Positions 52,755 to 64,000 of a stretch of 64,000 bases of DNA are shown piece after piece. The stretch is taken from contig OZ360219.1 of the NCBI GenBank assembly GCA_977017645.1, forward strand, positions 7,936,001-8,000,000, given 5' to 3'. This DNA is from Torpedo marmorata (Eukaryota). The translations under genes and the position numbers were made by a program. The notes below the pieces were generated by a model that had not been told where the DNA came from, made no database searches, and saw nothing but the letters and a program-made list of their open reading frames with translations. The number at the start of each line of letters is the position of its first letter. The stretch's first letter is position 1.

Positions 52755-54052
52755 GTTCAATTTCAAGTTTATTATCATCTGATTGTGTAAGTACAAACCG
52801 ACAAAATGGCATTCTCCAGACCTCGGTGCAAAAACATGCAAACACACATACAGACATAGCACATATACAGACAAATGAATCATATGCAGTACATGTATAC
52901 AGATATAAAAATAAATAAATATTGTTAAATAAATAGTAGAGTCTCATAGCGTGAACAGCAGTGGACTGAGCACACAGCCCTGTGGTGTGCCAGTGCTCAG
53001 CGTGATGGTTCTCAATGTTCTGCTGCTAACCCGGATAGACTGTGGTCTTTCTGTTAGGAAGTCCATAATCTAGTTACAAAGAGGGGTGTTGAGTCCCAGT
53101 GAGGACAGCTTCTCCACCAGCCTCTGGGGAATGATCGTATTAAATGCCGAGCTGAAGTTGATGAGCAGCAGCCTGGCGTATGAGGCGTCATTCTCCACGT
53201 GGGTCAGGACGGAGTGAAGGGACAAGGCTATCAAATCATCAATGGAATGTTTCCAACTTAGGTGAATTGAAATAGGACCAGGGTCTCTGGGAGGTTTGCT
53301 TTAATGTGTTCCATCACCAGGCGCTCAAAGCATTTCATAATGGTGGAGGTTAGTGCCACAGGGCTGTAGTCACTGTTGCTCTCTTTGGTACCAGGATGAT
53401 GGTGGCTGCCTTGAAACCTGTGGGGATGATGGACTGCTGTAGTGATGTGTTGAAGATGTCTGTAAGAACCTCTGCAGTCCTTCAGTACCCGACCAGGTAT
53501 GTTGTCTGGTCCCGCTGCCTTGTGTGGGTTCACCTTGGATAGGGTATTCACCACCTCGGCCTTGGCTATGCAAGGGGCCAGTTCATCAGGGGAACATAGA
53601 GGTTTCTTCGGCATCAGCCTGTTCTTCTCGTTGAACTATGCATAGAAGATGTTCAGGTTGTCTGGAAGGGAGGCGTCATTGTCTTTGACTTGCAAGGTTT
53701 TCTTATGGTCTGTTATAGTTTTGAATCCTTGCCACATGCGCCTCGTGTTGCCGGTGTCGCACAGCTGTCCATGGTTCTTCTGTCTGTACCCACACTTTGC
53801 CTTCCGGATTGCACAGGAGAGTTCTGCCCTAACGGATCTTAGTGCCACCTTGTCCCCTGTCCTGAAGGCAACATCACGAGCTCTGAGAAGTGCCCGGACC
53901 TCTGCATGCAACCATGGTTTCTGATTAGCCCCGGTTGTGAAGCACTTGATCTCGGTGACATCTTCAATGCACTTTCTGATGTAGCCAGTCACTGAGCTTG
54001 TGTACTCCTTGATGTTTACATGACCGTTGTCCCTAAAACAGCCCCAATCCAT
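52755..54052 (-). mobile_element. Rex1/Babar LINE, internally deleted
   Basis: NQKPW, KAAGPDNIPGRVLK and PVALTSTIMKCFERLV motifs. The RT stops after PQG and jumps to the 3' UTR and tail. Confidence 0.85.
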
Positions 54053-54074
54053 GGTCTCAGCGGTCTGAGCGGTG

Positions 54075-55968
54075 ACATGGATCCATTCCAGTTCGCCTAT
54101 CGTAGTAACAGATCTACGGCGGATGCCATCTCACTGGCTCCACACAAAGCCCTGGAACACCTGGACAGCAAAGATGCATACATCAGGATGCTCTTTATCG
54201 ACTACAGTTCGGCATTTAACACCATCATCCCCTCAAAACTGATCAGCAAACTCCAAGACCTGGGAGTTAACACTCCACTGTGTAATTGGATCATGGATTT
54301 CCTCACCTCCAGACCACAATCAGTGAAGATTGGTCAGAACTTCTCCTCCACAATCTCCATCAGTACCGGAGCACCACAGGGCTGTGTTCTTAGCCACCTG
54401 CTCTACTCACTTTACACCTATGACTGTGCAGCTCGGTACGACAATAACACCATCTACAAATTTGCCAACGATACCACGGTAGTATGTTGTATAAAGGAAG
54501 GGGATGAGTCAGCATACAGGATGGAGATTGAAAACTTGGCTGAATGGTGCACCAACAACAACCTTGCACTCAATGTCACCAAAACTAAGGAGCTGATTGT
54601 TGACTTCAGGAAAGGAAAGCCAGAGGTATATAATCCAGTGATCATTGGGAGATCAGAGGTGGAGAGGGTGAGCAAATTTAGGTTCTTGGGAGTAACTATC
54701 TCGGAGGATCTTTCCTGGACCCAACACACCAATGGCATCGTGAAGAAAGCACGTCAGCGCCTCTACTTCCTCAGGAGTTTGTGGAGGTTTGGTATGACAC
54801 CAGAAACCCTGGCAAATTTCTACAGAGCTGTGGTGGAAAGTGTGCTGACCGGCTGCATCACGGTCTGGTATGGGAACACCAATACCCCTGAGCGTAAAGC
54901 CCTCCAAAAGGTAGTGGACACAGCCCAGGACATCACAGGCAAAACCCTCCCCACTATTGAGTACATCTACGTGGAACGCTGCCGTCGGAGAGCAGCAACA
55001 ATCATCAAAAACCCACACCACCCAGTACACGCTCTGTTCTCGCTGCTGCCATCAGGAAAGGGGTATAGGTGTCACAAGACTCACACCACCAGTATTTAAG
55101 ATTACATTTCCAATGGATCCTATGATATTTTTGTTTGGAGATATTGGAAAATTTAGTATTAAGATGAAATTAAATATGTATCAAATAGAATTTCTGAGAA
55201 TTGCTTTAGCTGTTTCAAAGAAATGTATTGCTATTACTTGGAAATCGGATGTAGATTTAGGGTTAGAAAGATGGCATGCAGAATTGCGTTCATGTATACC
55301 ACCTGAAAAAATTACTTATAACTTACGGAATAAATATCATTTCTTTTTAAAAAATATGGAGCCCTTATATGAAAGCTGTTGGCTTAAGGATTTGAAAATC
55401 TCTGGACATTGGATCTACTGGCTATCTAACCTCCATAATAGAATTAGTTTATAGATGTATTTATTAGATTGACATTCTCCTTACCTTATCCTTTTCTCTT
55501 TCTTCTCTTTCTTTTTATTATTTTAATAGATTAGTGGGGTTGGGAGGGTTGGGGAGGGGAGAGAGGGAGGGGGGGCTGAAAATGTATCACAAATATTTGA
55601 TAATTTCATATTTTATTTTATGTATTTTGTGATTTAAAATTTTTTAATAAAATAATTTTTAAAAAAAGACTCACACCACCAGGTTCAGGAACAGCTGCTA
55701 CCCCTCTACCATCAGAATCCTCAACGACAAAGTCAATCAGAGACTCATTTAAGGACTCTTACTTGTGCACTTTATTGATTTTCTTTTGTTCTCTCTGTAT
55801 TGCACAGTCAGTTTGTTTACATTCGTTATCTGTTTACAGTTCTTTAGTTTGTTTATTTTTTGCACTACCAATTAGTGGTAATTCTGCCACGCCCGCAGGA
55901 AAAATGGATCTCAGGGTTGTATGTGATGTCATGTATGTACTCTGACAATAAATCTGAAATCTGAAATC
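54075..55968 (+). mobile_element. Rex1/Babar LINE RT and 3' end, interrupted by L1
   Basis: DPFQFAYR, FIDYSSAFNTI, GAPQGCVLS, and catalytic FADD mutated to FAND; (TCTGAAA)n tail near 55953-55968. Confidence 0.9.
55093..55665 (+). mobile_element. 5'-truncated L1 insertion
   Basis: 17-bp TSD AAGACTCACACCACCAG (55076-55092 and 55666-55682), L1 ORF2 C-terminus, G-rich 3' UTR, A tail. Confidence 0.9.
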
Positions 55969-56291
55969 AAAGCAGTCCTGTAGTGCTGCTGTGTTCCCCC
56001 CACCCCCGGCCTTATCCTGATCTCACTGCAGGTATACCTGATGAAGGGCCCAGGCCTGAAACATTGGTTACCCTTTACTTCCCATGCATGTTGCATCAAC
56101 TGCTGAGCTTCTCCAGCATGTTTATGTATTGCAAACTTAACCCATGTTCTCTCGTTCTTATCTCACCCAATCTCAGTAGAAAAAGCCTGCTTGCATTTAC
56201 TCTCTCTGTACCCCTCATAATTTTGTGCACCTCCATCAAATCACTCATTCTCTGACACTCCAGGGAATAAAAGCCTAACTTATTCAACTTC

Positions 56292-56830
56292 AAGTCACGT
56301 CAAGTTTATTGTCATCTGATTATACAAGTACAACCCGACGAAACGGCGTTCTTCGGTCCTTGGTGCAAAACATGCAGACACACAACCAGATATAAACACA
56401 CATACAGACAAACAATACATATGCAGTACAAGTATTCATCTATACAAATAAATAAATAAGTACTGTTTCATGAATATGAAAGTCTCGGATGGTTAGTGTG
56501 AGCTGTTCCTTTGGTCATTCAGCATTCTCACTGCCCGTGGGAAGAAGCTGTTCCTCAGCCTGGTGGTGCTGGCTCTGATACTCCTGCATCTCTTCCCCGA
56601 CATGAGCAGCTGAAAGATGCTGTGTGCAGGGTGGAGGGGGTCCTCAATGATTTTGTGTGCCCTCTTCAGACAACGATCCTGGTAGATCACGTCGATGGGG
56701 GGGAGGGAGTCTCCATTGATCCTCTCTGCCACTCTTCTGGTCCTGAAGATTGACCTGCGATCCATTTCTCTGCAGCTACCGTACCACACTGTGATGCAGC
56801 CGGCCAGGATGCTCTCGATAGAAGCTCCTA
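56292..56830 (-). mobile_element. Rex1/Babar LINE 3' end
   Basis: ORF 56493..56870: IESILAGCITVWYG...NSFFPRAVRMLN. Confidence 0.85.
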
Positions 56831-56869
56831 TTGAAGGTTGAATTATGGGGAACTTTTCCCTGTAACTCA

Positions 56870-57660
56870 TCTCCCGACAAAATCCTTGTAAATTTTCTCT
56901 GCACTTTCAATCTTCTTAATATCTTTCCCATAGGCAGGTGACCAAAACTGCACACAATTCTCCAAATGTGGCCTCAATTCTGTCTTATACAACTTCACCA
57001 TAACATTCCAACTCCTGTACTCAATACTTTGATTTATCAAGGCCTACATGCCCAAAGCTCTCTTGACGGCCCCAATCTACCTGTGACGCCACTTTCAATG
57101 AATTATGTATCTGTATTCTCAGACCCCCCTGTTCAACTGCACTCCACATTGCCCTACCATTTACGGTTTAAGACCTACCTAGGTTTGTCCTCCCAAGGTG
57201 CAACACCTCACCTTTCTCTGCATTAAGTTCCATTTATCATTTTGCAGCCCATTTTTCAAGCTGGTCCAGATCCTGCTGCAAGCTTTGATAGCCTTCCTCG
57301 CTGTCCACTACACCCCCAATCTTAGTGTCATTTGCAAATTTGCTGATTCAATTTACTGCATTATCATCCAGATTATTTATTTAGATTACAAACAACAATG
57401 GACCCAGCACTGAGGCACACCACAAGTCACAGGCCTCCAGTCAGAGAGGCAATCATCTCCTACCTCTCTCTGGCTTCTAGAAAACCAATATCTAACCAAA
57501 TTTACTACCTCTTCCTGAATACCGAGTGACTGAACCTTCCAGACCAACCTCCGATTGGGCACCTTATCAAAGGCCTTACGAAAGTCTATGTCGACAATAT
57601 CCACAACCTTTCCTTCATCAAATTTCCCGGCAACCTCCTTAAAAACCTCCATTAGATAGA
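56870..57660 (-). mobile_element. CR1 RT fragment
   Basis: VDIVDIDFRKAFDKVP...WRPVTCGVPQ, with KFANDTK on the minus strand near 57320-57340. Confidence 0.85.
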
Positions 57661-58619
57661 GATAAACATTTATCCTACTTTTATAATGATTTACAATGCT
57701 TTGTGTTTCTATATCTAAAGTACTTATTGTGCTTATGTTGGGGGGTTTTTGGAAGCCTAGTGTGAACAGAACAATAACTTGTATTTCAACAGAACATCCA
57801 CGACAGTGAAATATCACACACTGCTAGATAAAATAACTATTAAATGGTATTTAACCTTGAATCACAGAAGTGATGCCAGAACAAATTGCTAACATTTTGA
57901 TTTTAATGAATGTCTTTACTAGGCAGAGAGGTGAAGGGGAAAACATTCTGGATCTTACAACTTTGGCAAGGGGGACGTTGCCAATGGTGGGGCAATTAAA
58001 ATCAGGGATGATTAAAAGGCCAATACCAGAGTAATGGTCAGATATGAAGAGGTTGTTGGGCTGGAGGAGTAAGGGTCAGATGTAAATGAAATAAAACAAT
58101 GATAATCATTTAAAAATAGAAGTACAGTAGTTCCAATTCTGGGAACAACACAGAGCTGCAAACAGGCGTGCTGATAGGTGATTGGAAATTTAGCATATGG
58201 AGAGCCCAGATTTGAATGAGAAGGTTGTATGTAGCAGAGAGGAAAGCATTGGAAAGGTATAAAGGCATGGTAAAGGGTTTCAGAAGTAGTTGAAGCAGGA
58301 GGGAGATGGGAATGTTATTCAGGTAGAAATCTGCAGACATGATAATGGCATGATCAAAATTTATCCAGAAGTCAAATTTGACATGAGAATTACTTCGAGT
58401 GTGGTTCAGCCTCAGCCAGTTATCAGGAAAAAGGCTGAATTAGTGCTTAGGGAATGGTTTGCAACAGAGATGGAAAACAAAAGCATTGATCTTCCTAACG
58501 GTTCACTGGAGAAAGTTCTGCTGATCAAGTGCTGGATATCGGACAAGCAGTTTAACCATTCAGAAATGACAGAAGAGTGAGAGGGTGGTGTGGTGGAAAA
58601 CAATGTTGTCATCATATTT

Positions 58620-60600
58620 GTGGAACTTGAGTAAACTCTGGGCTGCTGGAGGAACTCGTTGGGTCTGGCAGCACCCACAGGTAGAAATGGTCAGTCAAAG
58701 TTTCATGTCCGGACCCTTTGTCGACGCTAAAGTTGGAGGGGGTGAAGTCAAGTATATCAAGAAAGAAAAAAGGAGAAAAGAACCTTGGAAGGGCGAGGGG
58801 TGATAGGATATTGGACAGAAGGTGGGGAGGTGGAGCGACAGGTAGTGGGAGAAGTGGAGAGACAGGTACAGGTAGAGAGACCACTGGGATGTGGGGGTGG
58901 GGGGGGGGGAAGGTGAGAGAGAAAAGCAAGGATGGGAGTAGGTAAAGCAAAACTGGGAACAATGGGACCAGATAGAGGTCAGGGTGACCTAAAATTAGAT
59001 ACAAATAATGTTCATGCTCTTTGGGTTTCAGGCTGTCCAGGAATAATATGATGTGTTGCTCCTCAAGATTACATTTGTTCTCAGCCTGACAATGGATGAG
59101 GCCCAGGTCGGAAATGTCAGTTTGGGGATGCTGAAGGGAATTGGCTGCTCGGAATTCAGGCTTAAACCCACAGACACAGCAGACATGTTTGGAAAATCTG
59201 CGTTTGGTCTCACTGATGTAAAGGAAGCCACACCTGGTAAAACGAATACAGCAGATCAGGTTGGACAATGTGCATGTGAAGCTCTGCCTCACCTGGAAAG
59301 TCTGTTTGTAGCCTTGGATGGAGGTGAGGGAGGAGATGAGGGGACAGGTGTTGGACTTTCTGTGGTTAGAGTGGAAAGTGCCAAATGGGGTGGGATGGGC
59401 GGGTTGGGGAGAGAAGAGCGGACCAGGGAGCTTTGGAGACACGCAAAAATCAGAATAGTGGTGGGAAGGGAATTTGCAGCTGATTGTGGAATCGCACTGA
59501 AGTTGGTAGATGTGTTGGAGGATAATGTATCGGATGCGGAGGCTGGTGGTATGGAGAGTGAAACCAAAGTGTTTCTATCCTTGTTTTGCCTGGAGGAAAG
59601 TGGGCAGAAGAACAATAAACGAGGGGGATACGGGTAGGGGCTTTGTCAGTGACAGCAAGGGGGGGATACACACATTAAGGAAAATGGAAAGTTTGGATGT
59701 TCTGGAGTGGAAGGACTCATCGTGGGAACAGATATAGTGGAGGCAGAGGAATTGGGAGGAAGGGATAGTGTCCTCACAAGAGTCAGGGTGTAAAGAGGTA
59801 TAATCCAGACAGTTATAGGAGTCAGATGATTTGCAATAAATGTCCAAGGATAGTTTGTCTCCTGAGATAGAGACAGAGAGGTCTTAGAAGTAGAGTGAGG
59901 TGTCCAAAGAGGTCCAAGTAAATTTAAGGGTAGGGTGGAAATTGGCAGTGAAATTAATAAAATTGTTAGGTTCTGCATACATACAAGAGGCAGCACCAAT
60001 ATAGTGGAGGGAGTTGGGGAGTGGTACCTGACTAAGATTGGAACAGGGACTCTTGAACATACCCAACAAACAGGCTGGCATAGCTAGGGACCTTGTGTGT
60101 GCTCATGGCTGCACCCTGGATCTGGAAGGAACTGGAGGAGTCAACAGAAAAGTTATTAAGGTAAGGGCGAGTTCTGCCAAGTGGAGGTAAGTGTTAGTAG
60201 AAGGGGACTGAATGGCTCTGCATTCATGAAATAAGTGGAGGCTCTTGAAGCCTTCCTGATGGGGATTGGATGTGTGACGATGAGGTTGGAAAATTGGAAT
60301 TCTTCAAGGAGATGGAGAGCCTGAGTAATGTCCCGGATATAGGTGGGAAAGGACTGGATGGGGGGGGTGGGAAGATAGTGTCGAGGTAGGAGGAGATGTG
60401 TTTGGTGAGGAAGGAGCAGGCAGAAACAATAGACCTGCCAGGTCAGTTCTGTTTGTGAATTTTGTGTAGGAAGCAGAAGCGGGTGGTGCGGGGTTGGGGG
60501 ACAGTCAGATTAGAGGCGGTGGTGGGGAGATCGCCTGAAGTGATGAGGTCCATGATAGTCTGGGAAATGTCATCCTGGTGATGGTTTTAGGGAATTTTAG
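58620..60600 (-). mobile_element. Penelope-like element (RT plus GIY-YIG endonuclease), decayed
   Basis: FQVRQSFTCTLSNLICCIRFTRCGFLYISETKRR (GIY-YIG-like), FINFTANFHPTLKFTW and DIYCKSSDSYNCLDYTS. Confidence 0.85.
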
Positions 60601-60654
60601 AGAAATTGATGTTGAGTTTCCAGATGATGTTAATGAAGGATAGTACAAGATAGA

Positions 60655-60855
60655 AATGCAATGCACAAATGTGCTGGATAAGCTCAGCAGGGCACGTGGC
60701 ATCCATAGGAAGTAAAAGGTAATCATGTTTCAGGCCGAGGCCTGAAACATTGGTTGCCCTTTATTTTCCATGGATGCTGTGTGACCTGCTGTGTTTCTCT
60801 AGCACATTTGTGCATTGCACTCGACCCCAGCAAATGCATATTTTCTTTTTAAACA
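60655..60855. mobile_element. Palindromic short Penelope-derived element
   Basis: tgcaatgcacaaatgtgct...tgtttcaggcc|g|aggcctgaaaca...agcacatttgtgcattgca. Confidence 0.7.
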
Positions 60856-61222
60856 AGATAGAAATTCAGAACAGATTCTTGAGGATAGCAAATCCGGAAG
60901 GGAAACATGTAATTTCTTGCCAGTGATAAGGTAGATAAGAATGGATTAGGGCACTTATATTCCCACACAGCTAACAAAAGAATCGTTTTGGAGGTCAACT
61001 ATGTCAAAAGTGACAGACCAACAAGAAAGATGAGGTGGGGCCTACCATGGTCACAAGTCCATGGGGTCCATTCCTGGCTTTACTGAGGGTCATTCCTGCA
61101 TCCTCACACCAGTGGCAGATTAACTACCACCCGGGCCCATAGGCTGAGTTTTAGTAAGGCCCCCCAGGGTCAGCGTCATGGGGGGGGCATTCGCGGGCCA
61201 TGCCGCAACTCATCTCCTTCCA

Positions 61223-61225
<3 letters not shown>

Positions 61226-61262
<37 letters not shown>
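61226..61262. repeat. (CT)n microsatellite
   Basis: Direct observation. Confidence 0.95.
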
Positions 61263-61266
<4 letters not shown>

Positions 61267-62055
61267 TCACTTGGAGTTGCGCGTGCCACAGCTTGTTGGC
61301 TGGTTTAGTGGAATTTTTCCAGACTCTGTAAACTTAAGGACAAATCGGTGTGTTGTGGTGGTAAATTTAATTTTGGAAGAAAATAGGGAGGGCAGGGACG
61401 AGGGGGAATGACTTTTAATCGGTTGTAGTTCCAACGCTTGTGTGTTTTAAATGGAAGATTCAGCTATTTAAATTGAAGCTCTCATCATAAGATGATTTTG
61501 TGTGGATATGTATCAGATTTGGTGGAATAAGCCAATCAATTAAGAGGATTTTAGTCAATATCATATTTGGGTCATGTCAGTTTCAATCTTTAAAGCTGTT
61601 CTATGCTTTACCACTCTTTTGGGTTAGTTTTGCGATTTCGCTGTTCATTTTGGAGAGAATGGGTGAATTAATTCTAAATGCACACTCCCCGCTCTCCTCC
61701 CTTCACCCTCACTCTCTCGTTGACGCCATTTTTCTCTGTGGACGCTGCCCAAGCATGAGGCCCCTCCAGCTTTTCCCAGGCAGCTGGACTGCCCGTGTTC
61801 CCCCTCCCTGCCCGCCCACCGGCTGCTCACCTTGATCCACGGCTCGTCGTTCGCTCCGCTCGGATCCACCATGACGAACCAAGAACCCCTGACCCTGGAC
61901 AGCACGCCCCCCTCTGGCTGCCAGTGGAAGCGCAGAGAATCCTCAGCACAAACCACGGCACGGGGAAGACCCTTCGGCCCGCTGTATTCGTGCTGTCTGA
62001 AGACCACGTTCTGCACTCTATGGTCTTCCATCTCATTTCAAGAGTTTATCTAACT

Positions 62056-62216
62056 CAGTGGTTCTCAACATTTTTCCACTCACATACCACCTTAAATAAT
62101 GCTGTACTAACCACAGAGCACCTGTGACATCCTATACCATAGAATAGATGCTCTGTGGTTAGTAAGGGATTATTTAGGTGGTATGTAAGTGGAAAAATAA
62201 AGGTTGAGAACCATTG
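62056..62216. mobile_element. hAT (Charlie-like) MITE
   Basis: TIRs CAGTGGTTCTCAAC and GTTGAGAACCATTG; 8-bp TSD ATCTAACT/ATCTAAAT (7/8 match). Confidence 0.85.
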
Positions 62217-62555
62217 ATCTAAATACATCTGACACGGAGAAAGATCCTGCCTCCACCAGCTCGTCCAGAAGCCAACAGTGGAGCATCTTCCAACATAGTT
62301 CTCTTATACACGCTGCTTACACTGTCAACGGCCCGGGTGGCAATATCCCAGTGTGGAGAGGGGTGCATGAGGAGGGGAGGGTTTGGGCCGGTAGTGGGGA
62401 GCCTTTTTGCCGTAGTAGTTTGTAAATGCATGCATGATGAGCCGAACTCTGCAACAGGAGGCAGACGCCGCAGACCTCAGGCTCAGACTTGCGCGTGCTT
62501 TTTGCAAACGCGCGGCATGAGCATTGATTGAGCGACTAGAGAAGTACGACTACAC

Positions 62556-63229
62556 CAGTGGTTTTCAAACTGCCCCCCTAAACTCACATTCCACCTTAAG
62601 CAATCCCTATGCCATAAGTGCTCTGTGATTAGTAAGGGATTGCTTAAGGTGGTATGTGAGTGAAAAGGAAAGGTTGAGAACCACTGCTCCAGACCCAATT
62701 GTTACTGAAATAATTTACTTGAGAAAAATTGTCATTGGCCCGTTTCCTTTGGAGTTATGAAACCGTGCACATAACGAGTCAATTAGGTACGATTAAAACA
62801 GTGGTTTTCAAACTTTTTCTTTCCACTCACATACCACCTTAAGTAATCCCTTACTAATCATAGAGCTCTTATGGCATAGGAATTGCTTAAGGTGGAATGT
62901 GAGTTTAGGGGGGCAGTTTGAAAACCACTGATATAACTTGTCTTCATGATATTTTATTATGCACGTTATGTTATGTACTAGTACCAAGTACAACATTATA
63001 CATATTAGTGTATTCCAGTGGTTTCATAACTCCAAAAGAAATGGGCCAATGACAATTTTTCTCAAGCAAAATATTTCAGTAACAATTGAGTCTAGAGTAG
63101 TGGTTCTCAACCTTCCCTTCCCACTCACATACCACCTTAAGCAAACTCTGACTAATCACAAAGTACTTATGGCATAGGGATTTGCTTAAAGTGGAATGTG
63201 AGTTTAGGGGGGCAGTTTGAAAACCACTG
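62556..63229. mobile_element. Composite cluster of hAT MITE modules (62556-62686, 62799-62930, ~63098-63229) forming large inverted repeats
   Basis: Three ~130-bp palindromic modules with CAGTGGTT(T/C)TCAA ends; 62556-62765 is inverted at 63016-63229. Confidence 0.8.
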
Positions 63230-63594
63230 AGTTATATGAATCAATTATAACAGACCTTTTATTCCATATGATAGAATCATTAAAACATAACACTACTACA
63301 GCACATAAAACAGGCATGATAGAACCATGGATAGAACCATTAAACCATAGAACGATCACTTCAGCACTGAAAGGCCATGATAGATCCATAGATAGAACCA
63401 TTAGGGCAGCAAAAGCATGGGGACACCAGCAGTGGTTAGTGGACGTTGTACAACAACAAGCCACACACAATTTGACTTGAAATACCCCCGCCTTTCAACC
63501 ATTCAGCGACCATTGCAATTTGCAAACTCTGGGTACAATACAATTTCCAGAAACTGTTCTGTCGTTCATAATTTAAACAACCTGAATAAAATAA

Positions 63595-64000
63595 TTAAAG
63601 TGATCACTTACTTATTTGGGAGTTAAAGTAGATACAAAATTGGAAAATTTATATAAATTAAATTATATACCTTTATTTCAGAAAATAAAGAAAGATTTGG
63701 AGAATTGGAAAGATTTACCTATAACTTTAATGGGAAGAGTGAATTGTATTAAAATGAATATTTTTCCAAGAGTTCAATACCTTTTTCAATCTATTCCTTT
63801 TGGAATTCCTCAAAAAATTTTTAAAGATTTAAAAATTATTATTAGGAAATTTTTATGGAAAGGAAAATTAGCAAGAGTAAGTATAGATAAATTAACTTGG
63901 GATTACGAGATGGGTGGATTACAACTCCCCAATTTTTTATATTATTATAAGGCAGCTCAATTAAAATTTATTAATGAATTTTTTGATTTAACTAAATCTA
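63595..64000 (+). mobile_element. L1 ORF2 fragment running off the window end
   Basis: Manual translation: NYIPLFQKIKKDLENWKDLPITLMGRVNCIKMNIFPRVQYLFQ...FLWKGK...GGLQLPN. Confidence 0.9.

Noticed and set aside
52755-55968. Twin-priming inversion of a single LINE
   Set aside because: Each orientation has its own 3' tail and the two overlap in RT with different sequences, so these are two insertions.
63255-63405. CATAGAAC-type repeats as a novel array
   Set aside because: They match the simple-repeat tails of the CR1-type LINEs seen elsewhere in the window.

Overview
Vertebrate genomic DNA; the repeat families (CR1, Rex1/Babar, Penelope, V-SINE) suggest a cartilaginous fish, probably a ray/skate (inference). 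The first ~28 kb is transposon-poor and retains CpG. It holds the whole pitx2 coding region on +: a/b first coding exon 7470-7506, b-specific exon 9534-9668, c-specific exon 17403-17586, and homeobox exons 18203-18408 and 20305-20868. It also holds several FoxH1/Smad site clusters. From ~28.2 kb the window is a dense, nested transposon landscape. Highlights: (1) a non-autonomous BEL/Pao LTR family, in two diverged copies (34779-40834 +, 48544-50846 -), in which RT/RNaseH/integrase is replaced by a ~1 kb in-frame foreign segment containing ~100 aa that I recognise as the host coiled-coil protein MIPOL1, an apparent host-gene capture; (2) the pitx2a splice (7506->18203) creates a TAA stop while pitx2b and pitx2c stay open; (3) the same tandem FoxH1 motif, CACATCC(C/T)AATACACA, recurs at ~13.4, ~18.8 and ~23.8 kb. 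Homology calls come from recalled sequences and motifs, not database searches, and most repeat boundaries are approximate.
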